This document shows positions 1-10,768 of a stretch of 64,000 bases of DNA, in pieces (the stretch's first letter is position 1; every line of letters begins with the position of its first letter). Source of the DNA: Cenarchaeum sp. (GTDB taxonomy: Archaea > Thermoproteota > Nitrososphaeria > Nitrososphaerales > Nitrosopumilaceae); contig OY843768.1 in NCBI GenBank assembly GCA_963693095.2, positions 1,912,241 to 1,976,240 on the forward strand. Reading direction: 5' to 3'. A model generated the notes under the pieces. It was not told the origin of the DNA, did no database searches, and saw only the letters and a program-made list of their open reading frames with translations. Position numbers and translations under genes: made by a program.

Positions 1-196
1 GCGCTGTTCCATATTTTGCTCGTAGCTCATCCTCGCGCTCCCATTCCCTGTCAACTGCGTCACGAACCCTTGCAGGCAGCGAATCATACTTGAAGACGCC
101 AAACTTCATGCAGCCGATAATCTCGTTTACAGTCAGTGTGGGGTTGCCGCACTCACTGGCAAAAGTATTCTCAAACACTTCCTCCCCGTGCTCCAT
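1..196 (-). CDS. Unknown-function protein, 5' part (runs off window); paralogue of 12873..13367 and 3337..3819
   Basis: Reverse strand reads MEHGEEVFENTFASECGNPTLTVNEIIGCMKFGVFKYDSLPARVRDAVDRE; nt 1..~260 nearly identical to 13172..~13430. Confidence 0.75.
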   Translation of the reverse strand, partial: MEHGEEVFENTFASECGNPTLTVNEIIGCMKFGVFKYDSLPARVRDAVDREWEREDELRAKYGTA

Positions 197-643
197 GGCA
201 TCACTCTGTGCATCTGGCTAATAAGCCTTGAGCACACGCCACACTTGCATATATGCGCAGACGGGCGCCTGCTGTGCACGACCACATGCCGACTGACTCC
301 CCCATGTCAGCTCCATGGCCTATACGGAGACGGAATTTTGCCATGGCGCGCAATTGTTATGAGGTGAGGCCTGCGCACGCCCCATGGTGAAAGAGGTGGG
401 ACACTTTGAGAACAGTCCCGAATCGGGCAAGGGAGGTGGGGAGTCGACTAGAACCATGGACGAGATCGATCATGAAATTGAACCAAACCCCGCAACCCCC
501 GCGTCACATGGGGAAAAGGCGCGCAAGCCATACGATATGAAAAAAAATAAAGCCGCGTTGGAAGAATTTAAACTGGCATTCAGGCTATACTGCCGATCAA
601 AAGTCCGTGCCGCCTTTCAGCGACGTCCGGTCCAGGCAGGACA

Positions 644-935
644 TCACGCCGGGCCGGCTCGGTCCCGCAGGGCCTCGACGCCGCCACTCTGGTAGCGCGC
701 GACCCACTTGCCGACCCACTCTGGGCACTGCATGAGCGCAAGGGCGACCTCCTCGCGCGTCATCCCCAGGTTCTCGTGCATGTTGACGGCGGCAAACCTG
801 TGCTTGACGTAGCCGTCCCTCTCGTCGCGGCGTGCCCTGCGGAACGCTTCGAGCTCTTGGCCTTCCATGCGCGGCGTTGGGAGGGGCGACCCATATAGCA
901 TGCGGGTCGGGAAAGTTTGATCATGGCACGAACCT
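644..935 (-). pseudogene. IS630-family transposase remnant (N-terminal HTH plus degenerate end)
   Basis: LGMTREEVALALMQCPEWVGKWVARYQSGGVEALRDR matches the intact transposase at 31092 (MGMTHEDTADTLMRCPGWVGKWVARYREGGLPALRD); 904-935 resembles the IS end; frameshifted and truncated. Confidence 0.85.
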
Positions 936-1284
936 TTGCCCGTCAGTATAGATTACCCCAATTTGGGACAGAGCCTCCCCACAATGTCCCCAAATCCTGT
1001 TCGTGTGATGGATTGCCCAATGGGCAGAGACGACATTTGTGACATTGTCGACGCGCCGGCCCATGTCTCGACTGTCGTGCCTGGAGCCCAAGGTGGCACG
1101 CTACTGCCTCGCAGGCGTGTCAACAACTGATGTCACCTGCACGCCGGCCCCCGTTGCACCGAGTGCCGGATCTAGACGATAGGCCGCAATTGTTGGCCAT
1201 ATTGGACACTGTCAGCAGGCTTGCCTGACGGCAATGCCGCCTCACCGGCCCTGGACTATTGCGCAGGTTATGGCCAGGGGCCTG

Positions 1285-3171
1285 CTAGCCCGCTTTGGCC
1301 ACCGGTGGCGCCTGCGGCCGAAACCGGGGCATTGGAACATGCGCGCCGGGCTCGAGCTTTACGGCGCGCCGATACGCGTCTATTGCCTCGTTATGGCGAT
1401 CCATTCCATCCAGTGCGTGCCCGCGGCCAAGGTGCAAGTTATAGTCTTTGGGCGTGATTTTCACTGCGCGATCAAATGCGCCAAGCGCCTCGTTGTGGCG
1501 GCCAAGCCGGTATAGCGCCACGCCGTGGTTCTTGTGAGTCGCCGCGCTGCCTGGCGCTGCCTTGATGGCTTGCTCACACGCGGCCAGTGCCTCCTCATTT
1601 CGGTCAAGGTGGAGCAGTGCGGCGGCCCTGTTCTTGTGCAGGACGGCCCCGTCATCTCCGAGCGCGGCAGCCTTTGCAAACGCGTCGATGGCCTCCTCAC
1701 ACATACCAAGATGAATCAGTGCGGTCCCGCGACCCACATGGGCCTCGGCGCTTTTGGGATCAAGGGAGACTGCGCGCTCAAAATGCCCGAGTGATGCCTC
1801 GGCATGATCTGGTGAGCACGTGGTGCGACCCCTGTTGATGTGGTATGTGATCCTTTTGGTGTCGCCTCTGGATGCAGATTTCTGCGCGGCGTCTAGTCTC
1901 TGCAGGATGATTTTCCTGACAGCTTTGACGCCGGGATCATTGGGTTCTAGCTCTATTGCGCGATCAAGTGACACGAGTGCGTCAATATCGTGCTCTGCCG
2001 TGCACAGGGCATAGGCGCGGCTGCGGTGGGCCTCGGCGTTGTTGGGCTCTAGGGCGATGGCCACGTCAATGGCCGCAATCGCCTCATCGGGGCGCCCAAG
2101 AAGATCCAGCGCATAGCCGAGGCCAATCTGGGCATCGACGTCTGTGGGTGACAGCTCGACTGCGCGCTTGAAGGAGCCTAGTGCCTCCCCATGGAGATGG
2201 TGCTGAATCAACGCGTGGCCATGACTGACATGCAGGCCGGCATCTGTGGGTGATATGTCGACTGCGCGCTTGAAGGAGTCTACTGCCTCAGTATGGCGCC
2301 CCACTGCGGTTAATATGGTTCCCCTCCCGACATGGGCGGACGCCATGTGCGGATCCAGCACGATCGCCATGTCGACGGACACTAGCGCCTCATCATGGCG
2401 ATTCATGGAATGCAGGATATATGCGCGCCCATTATGCGCATCTACACTTTTGGAGTCTAGTGCGATCGCGCGATCCATGCGCTCCAGGGCCTCTGTTCTG
2501 CGATTCAGCTTGATTAGAACACGGCCCATGCAGATGTGGCCGACAGGGTTGTTTGGATCCAAGTCGATCGCCTTGCCTAGCGCATCTAGTGCCTCTTTAC
2601 GGTGACCATTCGCCGCTAGCACGTTGCCGCGAATCAAGTGGGCTGCGGCCAGCTTGGGATCTAGCGCTATTGCGCGATCCAACGAGGCTAGCGCCTCACT
2701 GTCCGAGCCAATGTGTGCTCGATAGACGCCCATGTCAAAATGCGTTCTTGCATTATTTGGCTCTAGTGCGATCGCGCGATCAAGGGCCTTGAGCGCCTCT
2801 ATATGGCATCCGAGGCCGTCCATCACCACGAACCGTATCTTGTGCGACCTGGGACGCGTCGGATCCAGATCCACTGCGCGCCCTGATGACACCATGGCAT
2901 CATCATACTTGCCAAGCTCACACTCGATGACGCTCATGTTGTTTAGCGCCTCAATGTCAGTCGCATCCAGCTCGACTGCACGCCTCAGCTCCTCGAGCGC
3001 CTCTGCCTTCCTGTCCTGCCTGTACAGCTCGTCGGCCTTGATTCTATGTGACGTCGAATCTCCAGTGTCCTGCCTGCTTGCTGGCCTGGCGTTGAGCGTG
3101 ACATTTAATGCCTCCCCATCACGTCCTTGCCCTCCCTGGCCGCTCCCTGATCTCCCTGCCTGCCGTGCCAT
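1285..3171 (-). CDS. TPR-repeat protein
   Basis: Many 34-aa repeats (A..N.G..L..LGR..EAL...DRAI.LDP); start set at ATG 3171 because a TATA-like ATTATTATAAG lies ~25 nt upstream. Confidence 0.9.
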   Translation of the reverse strand: MARQAGRSGSGQGGQGRDGEALNVTLNARPASRQDTGDSTSHRIKADELYRQDRKAEALEELRRAVELDATDIEALNNMSVIECELGKYDDAMVSSGRAVDLDPTRPRSHKIRFVVMDGLGCHIEALKALDRAIALEPNNARTHFDMGVYRAHIGSDSEALASLDRAIALDPKLAAAHLIRGNVLAANGHRKEALDALGKAIDLDPNNPVGHICMGRVLIKLNRRTEALERMDRAIALDSKSVDAHNGRAYILHSMNRHDEALVSVDMAIVLDPHMASAHVGRGTILTAVGRHTEAVDSFKRAVDISPTDAGLHVSHGHALIQHHLHGEALGSFKRAVELSPTDVDAQIGLGYALDLLGRPDEAIAAIDVAIALEPNNAEAHRSRAYALCTAEHDIDALVSLDRAIELEPNDPGVKAVRKIILQRLDAAQKSASRGDTKRITYHINRGRTTCSPDHAEASLGHFERAVSLDPKSAEAHVGRGTALIHLGMCEEAIDAFAKAAALGDDGAVLHKNRAAALLHLDRNEEALAACEQAIKAAPGSAATHKNHGVALYRLGRHNEALGAFDRAVKITPKDYNLHLGRGHALDGMDRHNEAIDAYRRAVKLEPGAHVPMPRFRPQAPPVAKAG

Positions 3172-3336
3172 GGCAGAGTTGGGCATGTCGTGCCTTATAA
3201 TAATTGCGTATTGTGTTCGCAGCCGTGACGGGCCCATGGGCCCACACCCGTTGGCAATCCTGCACGCGCATCCCCGCCTCGTTCACGTGCGTGATGCGCA
3301 CACATGATTTATTAACACAATACGCACAATCCTGCC

Positions 3337-3819
3337 ATGGAGCCCGGCGAGGTGGTATTTGAGAACACGTTTGCCCGGGCGTGCTCCAACCGCAAGCTTA
3401 CTGTTGACGAAATTATCGAGGGCATGAAATTTGGCGCATTTCACTATGATCTGCTTCCCATCGAGGTTCGTGACGCCGTTGACAGGGCGCTAGAGCACGA
3501 AGATGCGTTGGCAGCAGAGCGCGCAACGCGTGATCCTTACCATGATGACGTGTGGGAGCTTGACCTGCTAGATGTGGAGCTCGAGCCTGTCCATATGGCG
3601 CAGGGCCCTCCGGCAACTGACCCGCCCACAGAGACGCACACGGGCAACATTGTAAACAAGACGCCAGTGCACCCCGGCAGAATCGCCGCCCTGTACCCTG
3701 AAAGATGGCCACTGACCCCTGCCATGTATACTGCCATGCCGCAGGCTATGCGGCAGGTCGCGTATGTGCCAACACGAAAAAAAATGCCAGGGATTGCCAA
3801 AAAAACAGTCACGATGTGA
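3337..3819 (+). CDS. Unknown-function protein, MEHGE.VFENTF family
   Basis: N-terminal ~85 aa align with 12873..13367; TTTATTAA ~25 nt upstream. Confidence 0.75.
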   Translation: MEPGEVVFENTFARACSNRKLTVDEIIEGMKFGAFHYDLLPIEVRDAVDRALEHEDALAAERATRDPYHDDVWELDLLDVELEPVHMAQGPPATDPPTETHTGNIVNKTPVHPGRIAALYPERWPLTPAMYTAMPQAMRQVAYVPTRKKMPGIAKKTVTM

Positions 3820-3829
3820 TGCCTTTGGC

Positions 3830-4142
3830 CCGTCGGCGTTCTGGTAGTGCGACAGCGTGCGCCTCATGGTGTCGTTCTCCGCCTCCGGCTCGGCGATCCT
3901 CCCGTCCCGCGCCTCGACGGCCGCCTCCAGCACGGCAACCCCCTTCTGCATCTCCATGATCCCCTGGTCGCGCCCCCCGGCCCGCTCCTCTGCGGCCATG
4001 AGCCTGCCGCCGGGCTCGGCCGCCACGTGGTCCAGGTTCGCGCCCCGTCGGCCCGCCATGCCCTGGCGGGCGGCGCCGCGGCAAATGGATCGGCAGGATT
4101 GCGCCTATTTGACCAAGTGGGGAGGGGGTGCTGACCTCATAC
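3830..4142 (-). mobile_element. IS66-family remnant, left end with N-terminal coiled-coil of transposase
   Basis: Terminal GTATGAGGTCAGCACC at 4142 (minus); peptide VLEAAVEARDGRIAEPEAENDTMRRTLSHYQNA; homologous to 28118..28430. Confidence 0.75.
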
Positions 4143-4332
4143 CTAGTCATTGCAGTAATGTTTAATACTGGCCTTCCGGCCGAGGGTGGCGATGGCGGAA
4201 GAGTCTGAACAAGACAGCGCATGGCAGGATAGCCAAAAGTCTATGGCTCCGCTTACCTCAAAGCCTCTTGGCACCAAAGCCTACATGGCATCTGTCCAAA
4301 ATGATAAAGACGAATCTGACTGAGGTGGTATC

Positions 4333-4974
4333 TTGGATAACGACAAGTCCCCCACACCTCCGGAACCTACAAGCTCACCAGACAGTCCCACGTCTAACAA
4401 TAACGAGCTTTTGGCCAACACCCTGCAACACGAGATCGACATCCACTTTTGGGCCATAGATGACCTCAACTCCAAGTCCAAGTCTGCTCTTGCTGCCGGA
4501 TCATTTGCCTTGAGCGTCATGATTGCAGGTCTAGTGGGATTTATTAACCTGCTGCACCAAAACGACCATGAATATTTCATCACACTCGTGTCGCTCTTTG
4601 GAGATTATGCTGCTCTTGCACTATGTTGTGCAATTGCCGGACTCTTGGCAATACTGGCTTCCATCACACTGTCCGTCATCTCTCTCCGGCAACGTCCGGT
4701 TTACCAAATATTAAATTCTGCTGACTTTGAGGTTAAAGCCGGAAAGACCGACCCTGCGACACTGAAAGAATTTTCCACCAAGCGACAAGACTGGCTCTAT
4801 ATGCAAATCTTTGACTCGTATATTCGTGTTCTGCGCTCTCTAGAAGAGTACAATACATATATAACAAAATTTGTGACTGTTGGCCAGTGGGCACTTTTGT
4901 TTGGCCTTGCTGCAGGATCCATTCCAATCCTTATTGTACTGTTTGGTTTAATTAATTCATACCTGTCATCTTGA
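4333..4974 (+). CDS. 3-TM membrane protein, possibly PycTM/DUF5706-like effector
   Basis: Three hydrophobic segments; IDDLNSKSKSALAAG before TM1; family call tentative. Confidence 0.6.
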   Translation: MDNDKSPTPPEPTSSPDSPTSNNNELLANTLQHEIDIHFWAIDDLNSKSKSALAAGSFALSVMIAGLVGFINLLHQNDHEYFITLVSLFGDYAALALCCAIAGLLAILASITLSVISLRQRPVYQILNSADFEVKAGKTDPATLKEFSTKRQDWLYMQIFDSYIRVLRSLEEYNTYITKFVTVGQWALLFGLAAGSIPILIVLFGLINSYLSS

Positions 4975-5074
4975 GTGTCCCTATGCGGAGCCTGTATTCT
5001 CCTTGGATCATCCGGCAAGTGTGTGTTCAGCCTATTTTTTGTAGAGCAATGCAAAAACTGACGAGATTACAAAC

Positions 5075-5521
5075 TTAGACTGGGCTTTTGGGAGCTTTTG
5101 TGTCGGGGAATTTCTGCTTGAACTTTTCAGCCTGTGTCTCATAACGCTTTGGAATAACAAAGAAATGTTGGAACAATTCGTTCAACATCTCAAGCATCCA
5201 TTCGGCCTCGCCAGGCTCGACATTTACAATAAGGCCGGTGTGCAGATCACGTTCTCCATGGGCGCCACGATTCCCCGCCATTCTAATTTTGCCGACTCCC
5301 TCGTGAAGGTGAGCAGGAAGCTCTTTTGACTCTAACAGTTTTTTAATGTCGTCAGACAGCCGCTCTTTCTTGATCGAAAGACAATGGCGAATGAGCGTCT
5401 GCAGGCATCGTCGAGCCAATGCGGCACTAGCATTGGGGCTAATCGGCAACACCTCCATGGCCTCTATATAGTCTGCCATGATCTCCTCGGGCACATATTT
5501 AACAGCATGCACTGCCTTACG
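5075..5521 (-). pseudogene. DUF4145 (HEPN-like) protein truncated at 5' end by IS66 end
   Basis: SPNASAALARRCLQ...IRMAGNRGAH; lacks the CPHC Zn-finger of the 27397/33590 paralogues; track N-terminus MRAVQVLTSY is IS-derived. Confidence 0.8.
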
Positions 5522-5783
5522 GTATGAGGTCAGCACCTGGACCGCACGCATGACCCTTGGCCACCACGCCCTTCTCCATGCCCCCCCACGTCAGGAGGCA
5601 CGTCAGGAGGATCGACATGCGCCTGGCCGCCGCCGCGCCGCCCTTGAGCCGGGCCGCTCACCCTGCGGCGCACGACCACGTCGCGCAGCTCCCTCTCTGC
5701 GGCGTTGTTTGTGGGCGCGACGCCGGCGTGCTCGAAGGCGAACAGCCGCGGCAGGGCGCGGCAGAGCCTGGCCGACGCGCGCC
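5522..5783 (-). mobile_element. IS66-family remnant, right end with transposase C-terminus
   Basis: GTATGAGGTCAGCACC at 5522; minus-strand LFAFEHAGVAPTNNAAERELRDVVVRR carries the IS66 PTNNxAERxLR motif. Confidence 0.8.
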
Positions 5784-6719
5784 CTACCCCTCCACGATGA
5801 CCCTTGCAGACCTCTTTGGGTCTATGGAGGCGCCCGCGCTAAACTGCGCGCCAATCCTGCACACGTGCTCGGCCTGCTCCATGCGAACCTCCAGTCCGCT
5901 CAGTGCCACGCTGACTGAATCCCTTGCGGCCACTAGTGCGCTGCCCCCTCCAATGTCCATGCCTCCCCAAAATGCGGGGCTCACCACGACGTCCATGCCA
6001 TTGACGTCCATGCTGCCTGCTCGCAGGTCACCGCCCTCCAGGAGCTGAATGGCGTGCCTGGGCGTCATTACGCAAAACACCCCGCCCGGAAACTCGACGC
6101 CCACGCTATTGTCCACTATGGTCCGCGCAACTTCTAGCAGGTCATTGCCTCCCAGCATGTTCTTTCCGTCAACTGTGCGCGAATTCGCCTGGTTTTGAAT
6201 GTACAGTGTGCGTGCAAGGGCCGAATCATTCGTATTGATCAGGCTGGTGTGGACTAGATTTTCCACGACTGCGATCACCCCGTCACGTATGGAGGCGAGC
6301 AGGTCGCGCGCCACGTTCTGGGGATTTCCTGCCATGTCATTCCGGCTCACCTGGTGCCACATTGACCAATGCCTGGGGGCGCCCGTCATTATCGTATAGC
6401 ATGATCTCGCATCCTGTGGGCCACCCTGTAGCGCCTGTGCCGGGCGTGGGGCATCAGCCACGATGCGCCTCCATGGCTCGCCAGGGCGCGGCCTTGCCAC
6501 CCTTGCATAATCCAGCACGGAGCGGTGTGGCCTTGGCATTATGCGTGAAATGTCCAAATGCCAGACGCTGTCGCCTTTTGGCTGATGGTCAATCTCTCCC
6601 ACAATGTCGCCGCCCCGCTGTTCTAGTTCTGGCCAGACAGGTTTACCGCTGCTAAACGCGTCAGTTATCACCTGGCAGGTATCATCCCACTCTTGATCCC
6701 TTGCGCCCCGCGTCTTCAT
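5784..6719 (-). CDS. Stand-alone major capsid protein-like protein (putative HK97 fold)
   Basis: Order of elements typical of HK97 MCPs: strand WSMWHQVSRNDM, long helix VARDLLASIRDGVIAVVENLVHTSL, NDLLEVARTI, VFCVMTPRHAIQLL, VNGMDVVVS, C-terminal RIGAQFSAGASIDPKRSARV; by eye only. Confidence 0.65.
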   Translation of the reverse strand: MKTRGARDQEWDDTCQVITDAFSSGKPVWPELEQRGGDIVGEIDHQPKGDSVWHLDISRIMPRPHRSVLDYARVARPRPGEPWRRIVADAPRPAQALQGGPQDARSCYTIMTGAPRHWSMWHQVSRNDMAGNPQNVARDLLASIRDGVIAVVENLVHTSLINTNDSALARTLYIQNQANSRTVDGKNMLGGNDLLEVARTIVDNSVGVEFPGGVFCVMTPRHAIQLLEGGDLRAGSMDVNGMDVVVSPAFWGGMDIGGGSALVAARDSVSVALSGLEVRMEQAEHVCRIGAQFSAGASIDPKRSARVIVEG

Positions 6720-7062
6720 TGTGGGGTTATGAGGGTGGCACGTATATGAATTGTTGCTGTGCCCTGGCCAATTGACAAAGAATACACCGACTCTTGTGAA
6801 CATGTCCTATCGCCGCTAGTTGAGGAGAAACCACGTTCACGCTGCCCTGACTGTGGAGAGTCTTTTCGCTGGAATCATGCGACAGACCCCCGTTGTGACA
6901 AGCACATCCTTGGCCTCGTCCGTGAACTCATCTCCTGATCTTTGATCAACGTGTGGCCTGACATGTCCTGCTGGCGACGGATCTGCTCGCAGTGACTGCG
7001 GGGAGGACCCCACAGGCGCCCCCGGAACTGCCCAGGGAACCCGGGCGCCAGACTCTTTTAAT

Positions 7063-7632
7063 GTGGCACCATACTGCGCCCTCGCCGATGAGCGCGATTA
7101 TGCGTGCCTTGCAGGCAGGGCGCCATGGGCAGGATGCGCCATGCCGGGGGCCGACGTGGGCATGACTCCACGGAGCGGGTTAGAGGACGAGGTCGGGGGT
7201 CTGCTGGAGCGCATAGGCCTAGATCTAGTGAAGGCAAACCACATACTGTACAGGAAGGACGGGAGCGAGGAGGCCGAGATCGACCTCGTCTTTAGTCTCG
7301 GAAACGCGACGTTTATCGTCGAGGTCACCGAAAGCGCACAAGAGGAGACGAGGCGCAAAAAGCGCAAAGAGCTCAGGGAGTGGACGGGGCGAGGCATGAT
7401 AGGCAGGATATCTGGGGAGCTCGGGCTGCGATCAGACAACCACACTAGGATCGTTTACGTGTCTCTTGCCACAGAGGGTCGGGTGCGACCCGTCATTGAC
7501 GGGAATGTTGTCCTGCTTCACTCTGACCATATGAAAGATCTTTCAGACTGTGTCGATGCTGATCCCTGGCACGCGCTAGAGATTTTTGTAGAGTTTTGCG
7601 GCCTAGGGGACGTGTTCAACCCGAACGCATGA
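7063..7632 (+). CDS. PD-(D/E)xK restriction-endonuclease-like protein
   Basis: LEDEVGGLLERIG...EAEIDLVFSLGNATFIVEV; true start likely ATG 7141 or 7162. Confidence 0.65.
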   Translation: MAPYCALADERDYACLAGRAPWAGCAMPGADVGMTPRSGLEDEVGGLLERIGLDLVKANHILYRKDGSEEAEIDLVFSLGNATFIVEVTESAQEETRRKKRKELREWTGRGMIGRISGELGLRSDNHTRIVYVSLATEGRVRPVIDGNVVLLHSDHMKDLSDCVDADPWHALEIFVEFCGLGDVFNPNA

Positions 7633-7700
7633 GGCCGGACTGCTTGACCAGTAATTCCACACTGCCATTCACTAACGGTGATGTATGTGAGTTAGGGGCG

Positions 7701-8126
7701 TCAAAAATCCATGCCAAGCAAGTCGGTGATATGCCATATTTCTGCCAGCAAGGGCACGCCCACAAACCAGCCAAGCACGTGCGCAAGCTTTGCCATCGTC
7801 GGCACGATCCAGTAGGAGCTGGGATCCAGCGAGATGACACGGCCAAAGGCGAGGAGCGCCTCGTGATGCCGGCCAAGACAGCGCAGGCCACGCCCCCTGT
7901 AAAAGTGTGAGAGCACATCGCACGGGTTCATCTCGATGGCACGATCAAGATACGGCAGCGCCTCGGCGTATCGCCCCTGCTGATGCAGGGCAATGCCCAT
8001 ATTGCTTTGGTCGATGTATGTGGGCCGCATCGGTACTAGGGGGACGGGCATGGAGGCATTGCGGATGATCATTTCTATTACTGCTTCCACTAGCAAGGTG
8101 TCTATAGCTTTACTGGGCTCGCCCAT
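7701..8126 (-). CDS. Small 2-TPR protein; paralogue of 10769..11209
   Basis: GIALHQQGRYAEALPYLDRAIEMNP; shared upstream TTAAATTTGCAAAGG. Confidence 0.75.
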   Translation of the reverse strand: MGEPSKAIDTLLVEAVIEMIIRNASMPVPLVPMRPTYIDQSNMGIALHQQGRYAEALPYLDRAIEMNPCDVLSHFYRGRGLRCLGRHHEALLAFGRVISLDPSSYWIVPTMAKLAHVLGWFVGVPLLAEIWHITDLLGMDF

Positions 8127-8352
8127 GGATCCCCCCGTGGCCTTTGCAAATTTAAGTTTGTCCCAGATGTCGGTCCCTGGGCACACGTTGTGCAAGACTC
8201 GCGCGCCATGTTAGGTGGCCGGGAGACGCAACCGGCATTATTCCGCCCGTGGTGGTTCCCTTGAGCGCATCTGACACTGGATCGTCTAGGTGCTGCCCTC
8301 ATGCCTAGCACACGCCATCACATTATTATAGTGCCGCCCCTTAATCATCTGC

Positions 8353-9477
8353 ATGACAAACGACGGGCGCGCCGGGTGTGCAGACCACTACTCTTATGCG
8401 GATCAGACGTCGATGAGCAGGGCTGTCAGTCTGCTCTTTGAGCGCTGTGACTGCCATCGCGAGGCGCAGTTCTCCGATACAGTCCCCCCGACATGCCCGC
8501 AGGGCCCCAACTCGAGGAGATTCCTAGTGGATAGCGTGCCATACTGTGCGTTTGAGCCCGGCTCTACAGTTGAGACCGGCCCGGACGGCAAGATCGCCTA
8601 TTCCAGGGCAACGTCTGTTCACCAGACAGGCTCCCAAGGCCAGGCAATGCTCCAGCTTGACTCGTGCCTGCTAGACTCGCCAAACCTGCCACAGCTCCCT
8701 AGCGAGCGCGTTATGGATCCGGATGGCCATGCGCCATCTGCCCCGCTTGCCGCCGGATTTAGGGTGCAACGGACATGTCTTGACAGGCAGGAATATGCCG
8801 AATTCCAGGTTCCATCTCGTAATAACGGGACGATCACATGCGATCAAACGCGCAAGAGCATAACACACGTGCCACGCTTTGCGTTTAGGGACAAGTTGTC
8901 GACTTTTTTACGCCGTGGAGTTTATGATTTTCACGACAACATGGACAACAACATATGGTGGCGTGAGGATGCGCTATGCGTTGAACAGCTCTCAACATTG
9001 GATGGCCAGGAGACGTTTGATTGCCACTGGGACTCTACACTGGCTGACCTCGAACTCTTTATCGGCAAGCTAAACCGCTCACGCCCGCCTGAGCTGCAGC
9101 TTGACACTGTATTTGTAAACTATGGTCTCTACATTGTGCTCTTTGGCCGTGATCCGCGAACACTGGACTGGTCAGAGGGATACCCTGAATACAGGAACAT
9201 GGTGCGCCTGAACGGCATCACGTTCCTGCACTCCTCCTCCCTGCCCCATTACTGCTCGTTTGCCACGTCATCGGCCCAGGGTCCCGTGTTTGTTCACGGC
9301 CCGTCAATACTGCGCTGCACGGACTCTACGATCGATGTCGAGCGCTATTGTGCCCTCATTGCCCCGCCGACCTCTAGCGTGCCAAGTGTTCCATGGGGCG
9401 TCAGATTTAACGTGACGATGGAGTGGAAAAAAAGCAAGGGACAGTCCGGGGAGGGAAGCGTGGATGATCGCACCTGA
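8353..9477 (+). CDS. Stand-alone capsid-like protein; paralogue of 36233..38290
   Basis: NNIWWREDALCVEQL helix, LQLDTVFVN, LNGITFLHSSSLP, GPVFVHGP, C-terminal WGVRFNV; TTATTATA ~25 nt upstream. Confidence 0.55.
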   Translation: MTNDGRAGCADHYSYADQTSMSRAVSLLFERCDCHREAQFSDTVPPTCPQGPNSRRFLVDSVPYCAFEPGSTVETGPDGKIAYSRATSVHQTGSQGQAMLQLDSCLLDSPNLPQLPSERVMDPDGHAPSAPLAAGFRVQRTCLDRQEYAEFQVPSRNNGTITCDQTRKSITHVPRFAFRDKLSTFLRRGVYDFHDNMDNNIWWREDALCVEQLSTLDGQETFDCHWDSTLADLELFIGKLNRSRPPELQLDTVFVNYGLYIVLFGRDPRTLDWSEGYPEYRNMVRLNGITFLHSSSLPHYCSFATSSAQGPVFVHGPSILRCTDSTIDVERYCALIAPPTSSVPSVPWGVRFNVTMEWKKSKGQSGEGSVDDRT

Positions 9478-9565
9478 TCCCGCACCAGTTCGCCTCATGC
9501 GCCGTGCCTGCCCGCGTGCGCGCATAACTTTACCTATAATGGATGGCACCGCACATGGCTCGTGA

Positions 9566-10585
9566 TTGCCCATGTACCAACTGTCGGGGCATTTTGCAAG
9601 GCAGGGCATCTCTGAGCTGAGGCACTCTCATACCATCGTGAGGTCAGACCTGTCAGGATACTCCCTGGGTTTGGCCATGTACTTGTGTCAGCAGTGCATT
9701 GAAAAAGAGCTAAAGGCCATAATTCTCAAGCTCCGCGAAAGGGTGGATCAGAGAATCGCCCCGTCCCTTCTAAAGAAGGACCTGGGACACCAGCTCTATC
9801 CCCACATATACCAACTATATGCCAACCACATCGTCAAGATAGAGTTGCCTGTTGTGCGTTCTGATGGCATGATCGCCTCGTACATCAACGATGCCCCAGA
9901 GCCAGACCCAAGTCGTGATGCGGTTACGCCCAAAATCATGATGCGTGTCTGGAATGATTGCCTGCACAATAAATTGTGGAAAGACCGCATCTGGCAGAAT
10001 TCTGTGGGGTATAGGATGACACAGCGTGACCTTGATTACCTCAATTCGCGACAGGAGGAATACATGTCCGCACTCTTTTCACTCACTGGAAGATCTGGCA
10101 TAGCCCTGCCTAGAATATCCAATCGTATCCTGCACACACCGCTGCTCGGATCCAAAACCCTGGACAATGCGGCCCTGTCCGAGTATCGCGCGAACCATCT
10201 GGCACTTGGGAAAAACCATCATGATCGTGTCCTCTTTGATCGCTATTTTCATGAATGCCAGGGATTTTTCTCTGCTGACGCAAAGTCTAAACTTGGACGG
10301 GATTTTCCGCATGATAAATTTCTTCGCCGTCTGGTCATGGAATTTGGATTTCAGATCTTGCTTTCGCATGCGCCATATTACATGTTTCTATTTTTGCACA
10401 ATATGACTGGTCGATATCCCGAGCAACTTGGCGGGGACATCACGGCTGACCTGTACGAATCCCATGCTGACCACGTGCTGTTTTCCGTGCTCGTTGACAT
10501 TCCATACCAGCTGGGCCAGCTGCATGTCAACTCTGGCCGGCTTGACGTGCTGCTAGATGCCGGGCATGGGCTTGGATACTGGTAG
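9566..10585 (+). CDS. HEPN-domain protein with large insertion
   Basis: AMYLCQQCIEKELKAII, LGHQL and GRYP motifs of classical HEPN. Confidence 0.8.
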   Translation: MPMYQLSGHFARQGISELRHSHTIVRSDLSGYSLGLAMYLCQQCIEKELKAIILKLRERVDQRIAPSLLKKDLGHQLYPHIYQLYANHIVKIELPVVRSDGMIASYINDAPEPDPSRDAVTPKIMMRVWNDCLHNKLWKDRIWQNSVGYRMTQRDLDYLNSRQEEYMSALFSLTGRSGIALPRISNRILHTPLLGSKTLDNAALSEYRANHLALGKNHHDRVLFDRYFHECQGFFSADAKSKLGRDFPHDKFLRRLVMEFGFQILLSHAPYYMFLFLHNMTGRYPEQLGGDITADLYESHADHVLFSVLVDIPYQLGQLHVNSGRLDVLLDAGHGLGYW

Positions 10586-10768
10586 CGCGCCATGTGGCCC
10601 GATGGTGATTTGGGGGTTTTTTTTGAGTGCGCGATCCTGTGCCTGGCCACAAATGACTGACACGCCCCTTGCCACATACTTTCCAAAGTGCGCATCTGGG
10701 CGAGACTGCTCGGGTGCGTGCGCACTATCCAGGCCGCTTATCCAATAGTCCCACACTATGCCATGCCC

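Noticed and set aside
384-695. 103-aa ORF as a complete gene
   Set aside because: 3' end runs into the IS630 remnant; no recognisable family
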